A stretch of 62,912 bases of DNA, counting the filler, from Octopus bimaculoides (lineage: Eukaryota), in assembly GCF_001194135.2 (NCBI RefSeq). It is 3 parts of 3 records of this genome, joined end to end, with 100 filler letters (N's around TTAATTAATTAA, not from the genome) between each part and the next. Parts side by side here need not be neighbours in the genome. Positions count along the whole stretch, not along the records: positions 55,030 to 62,912 come from NC_068982.1; 2 more parts are not named here. One strand, given 5' to 3'. The position numbers and the translations under genes were made by a program. Of the stretch, positions 61,358-62,912 are shown in pieces. The notes beneath the pieces are model-generated. The model saw only the letters and a list, made by a program, of their open reading frames with translations, ran no database searches and was not told the DNA's origin. Each line of letters starts with the position of its first letter. Positions within the stretch are counted from its first letter, which is position 1.

Positions 61358-62912
61358 TTATCTTTTTCTAGCCATGCTCTATTCTCTCTGCTATACTCCA
61401 TCCGTCCTTACACCTCTTCCATCCCTTATCTCTCCCAATGCCCACACATATCTAACATAACCCTCTCCCCCTGAAACTCTCCTACATTCCTCACCTTCAA
61501 TTACTACAGACACCTATAGCCCATCTTGCCATCTCTCCTCACATTCTAATGAAATTTTCCCTTCTATCCCCCTAACCAGTTCAATCCTTTGTATCTCTCC
61601 ACCTATTATTCTTCCCCACTGCACCTTGAGGGTTTGTCCAGATACATATCTGCCACCATCTCTTTCACTCTATTTATCTCTATCTTTCTCTCCAAGTCTC
61701 CTTCTGCTTTCTCCAGCTAGAATGTCCTTGTATCTCTTCTACAGTAAGACACTTATTATTCTTTTATCCCTCTATTATTCTTTTAACTTCTCATCAACTA
61801 TCACAAGGCCACTTCCTTCAGTACTACTCCCTATAGTCAAGGGAACTTTGTCTTATTTTGCAAGTTACTTAGTGATCCTGCTGGTACTGGTACCATGAAA
61901 AAAGTACCCAGTACACTCTGTGAACTGGTTAGGACTAGGAAGGGCATCTAGCCATAGAAACCATGCCAAAACAGATAACAGAACATGGCATAGCCTTCTG
62001 GCTTGCCAAACCATCCACCCCATGCAAGTATGGTAAACAGTTGTTAAATGTTGTTGTTGATGATAATGATGATTAACTCATGTCATGAGTATGCTCATGT
62101 CCTATCTGATCATTTTAATTATTGGCAACTTCCTCCTTCCCACAAACCTCACCTTCATTGTTCATTATTTGCTTATCTACTGTTGTGCTACTTCTAATTG
62201 TGCCAAGCAAGCCTAATCTATAAGATGAATACCTTGGATGCCTATATTTTCCATTGTGTGTTGGCTAACCATTTTAACATGGTTATAATCCTATATCTTT
62301 ATGAAATTATATGTACATATTACTTGCCTGTACTGTACTTATGTAATTATCACCCAATACTGTGAGACCATTATCCATGACTTTAGTGTATGATTCACCT
62401 TATCCATTTTATTCCTTGTATTTATTGGATCCATTGTATTGATTATGTGCAGATGTGGTCATTGCATATGATAAAAATTGTATAAATGTTTATATGCAAT
62501 CATTGGGGAGAGCTAATTGTATAAGCTCATCTCTATATATTCTAGTAGTTGCTATGTTTATAGAAGTATGCTTGTTTAGACTTCGACTGTGTGTATATTT
62601 ATGCATGTGTAAGTATATGTATGTGTAAGTTTGTGCATGTGTAAGTTTATGTATGTAGGTGTGTGTGTGTGTGTGTGTGTGTATCTAAAGTATATATAGA
62701 TATATGAATAGATGAGCATGTGTATGCATGAGTGCATGTATGATGGGGGAGCAGCAGTTTGGCAAAAGAAACCGGTAGGATAAGTACCAAGCTTACAAAG
62801 AATAAGTCCTGGGGTTGATTTCTTCGACTAAAAGGTAGTGCTCCAGCATGGCCACAGTCAAATGACTGAAACAAGTAAAAGAATAAAAGAGTATATATAT
62901 ATATATATATAT

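Overview
AT-rich, microsatellite-dense animal genomic DNA from a draft assembly with many N gaps. The SINE repertoire and repeat style suggest a cephalopod such as Octopus (inference). I could not identify a confident host gene; there are only a few weak splice-bounded exon candidates. The window is mostly decayed mobile DNA: two RTE LINE families (one fairly intact, with a PHD-type finger inside the RT and a repeat-containing 3' UTR), about ten R4/Dong-type RLE-LINE pieces clustered in (TAA)n tracts, CR1 and Tx1/L1 LINEs, at least three Penelope-like (GIY-YIG) families (one with a minimal hammerhead ribozyme fold), a mariner, an apparently full-length Chapaev3-like DNA transposon with TTA TSD, a Gypsy 5' LTR+PBS+gag remnant, three tRNA-derived SINE families, an unclassified ~555 bp repeat and a degenerate interstitial (TTAGGG)n tract. 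Two artificial 100-bp gap linkers (44 N + TTAATTAATTAA + 44 N) bracket a middle block that looks richer in CpG than its flanks. All family names come from motif recognition by eye, not database searches.
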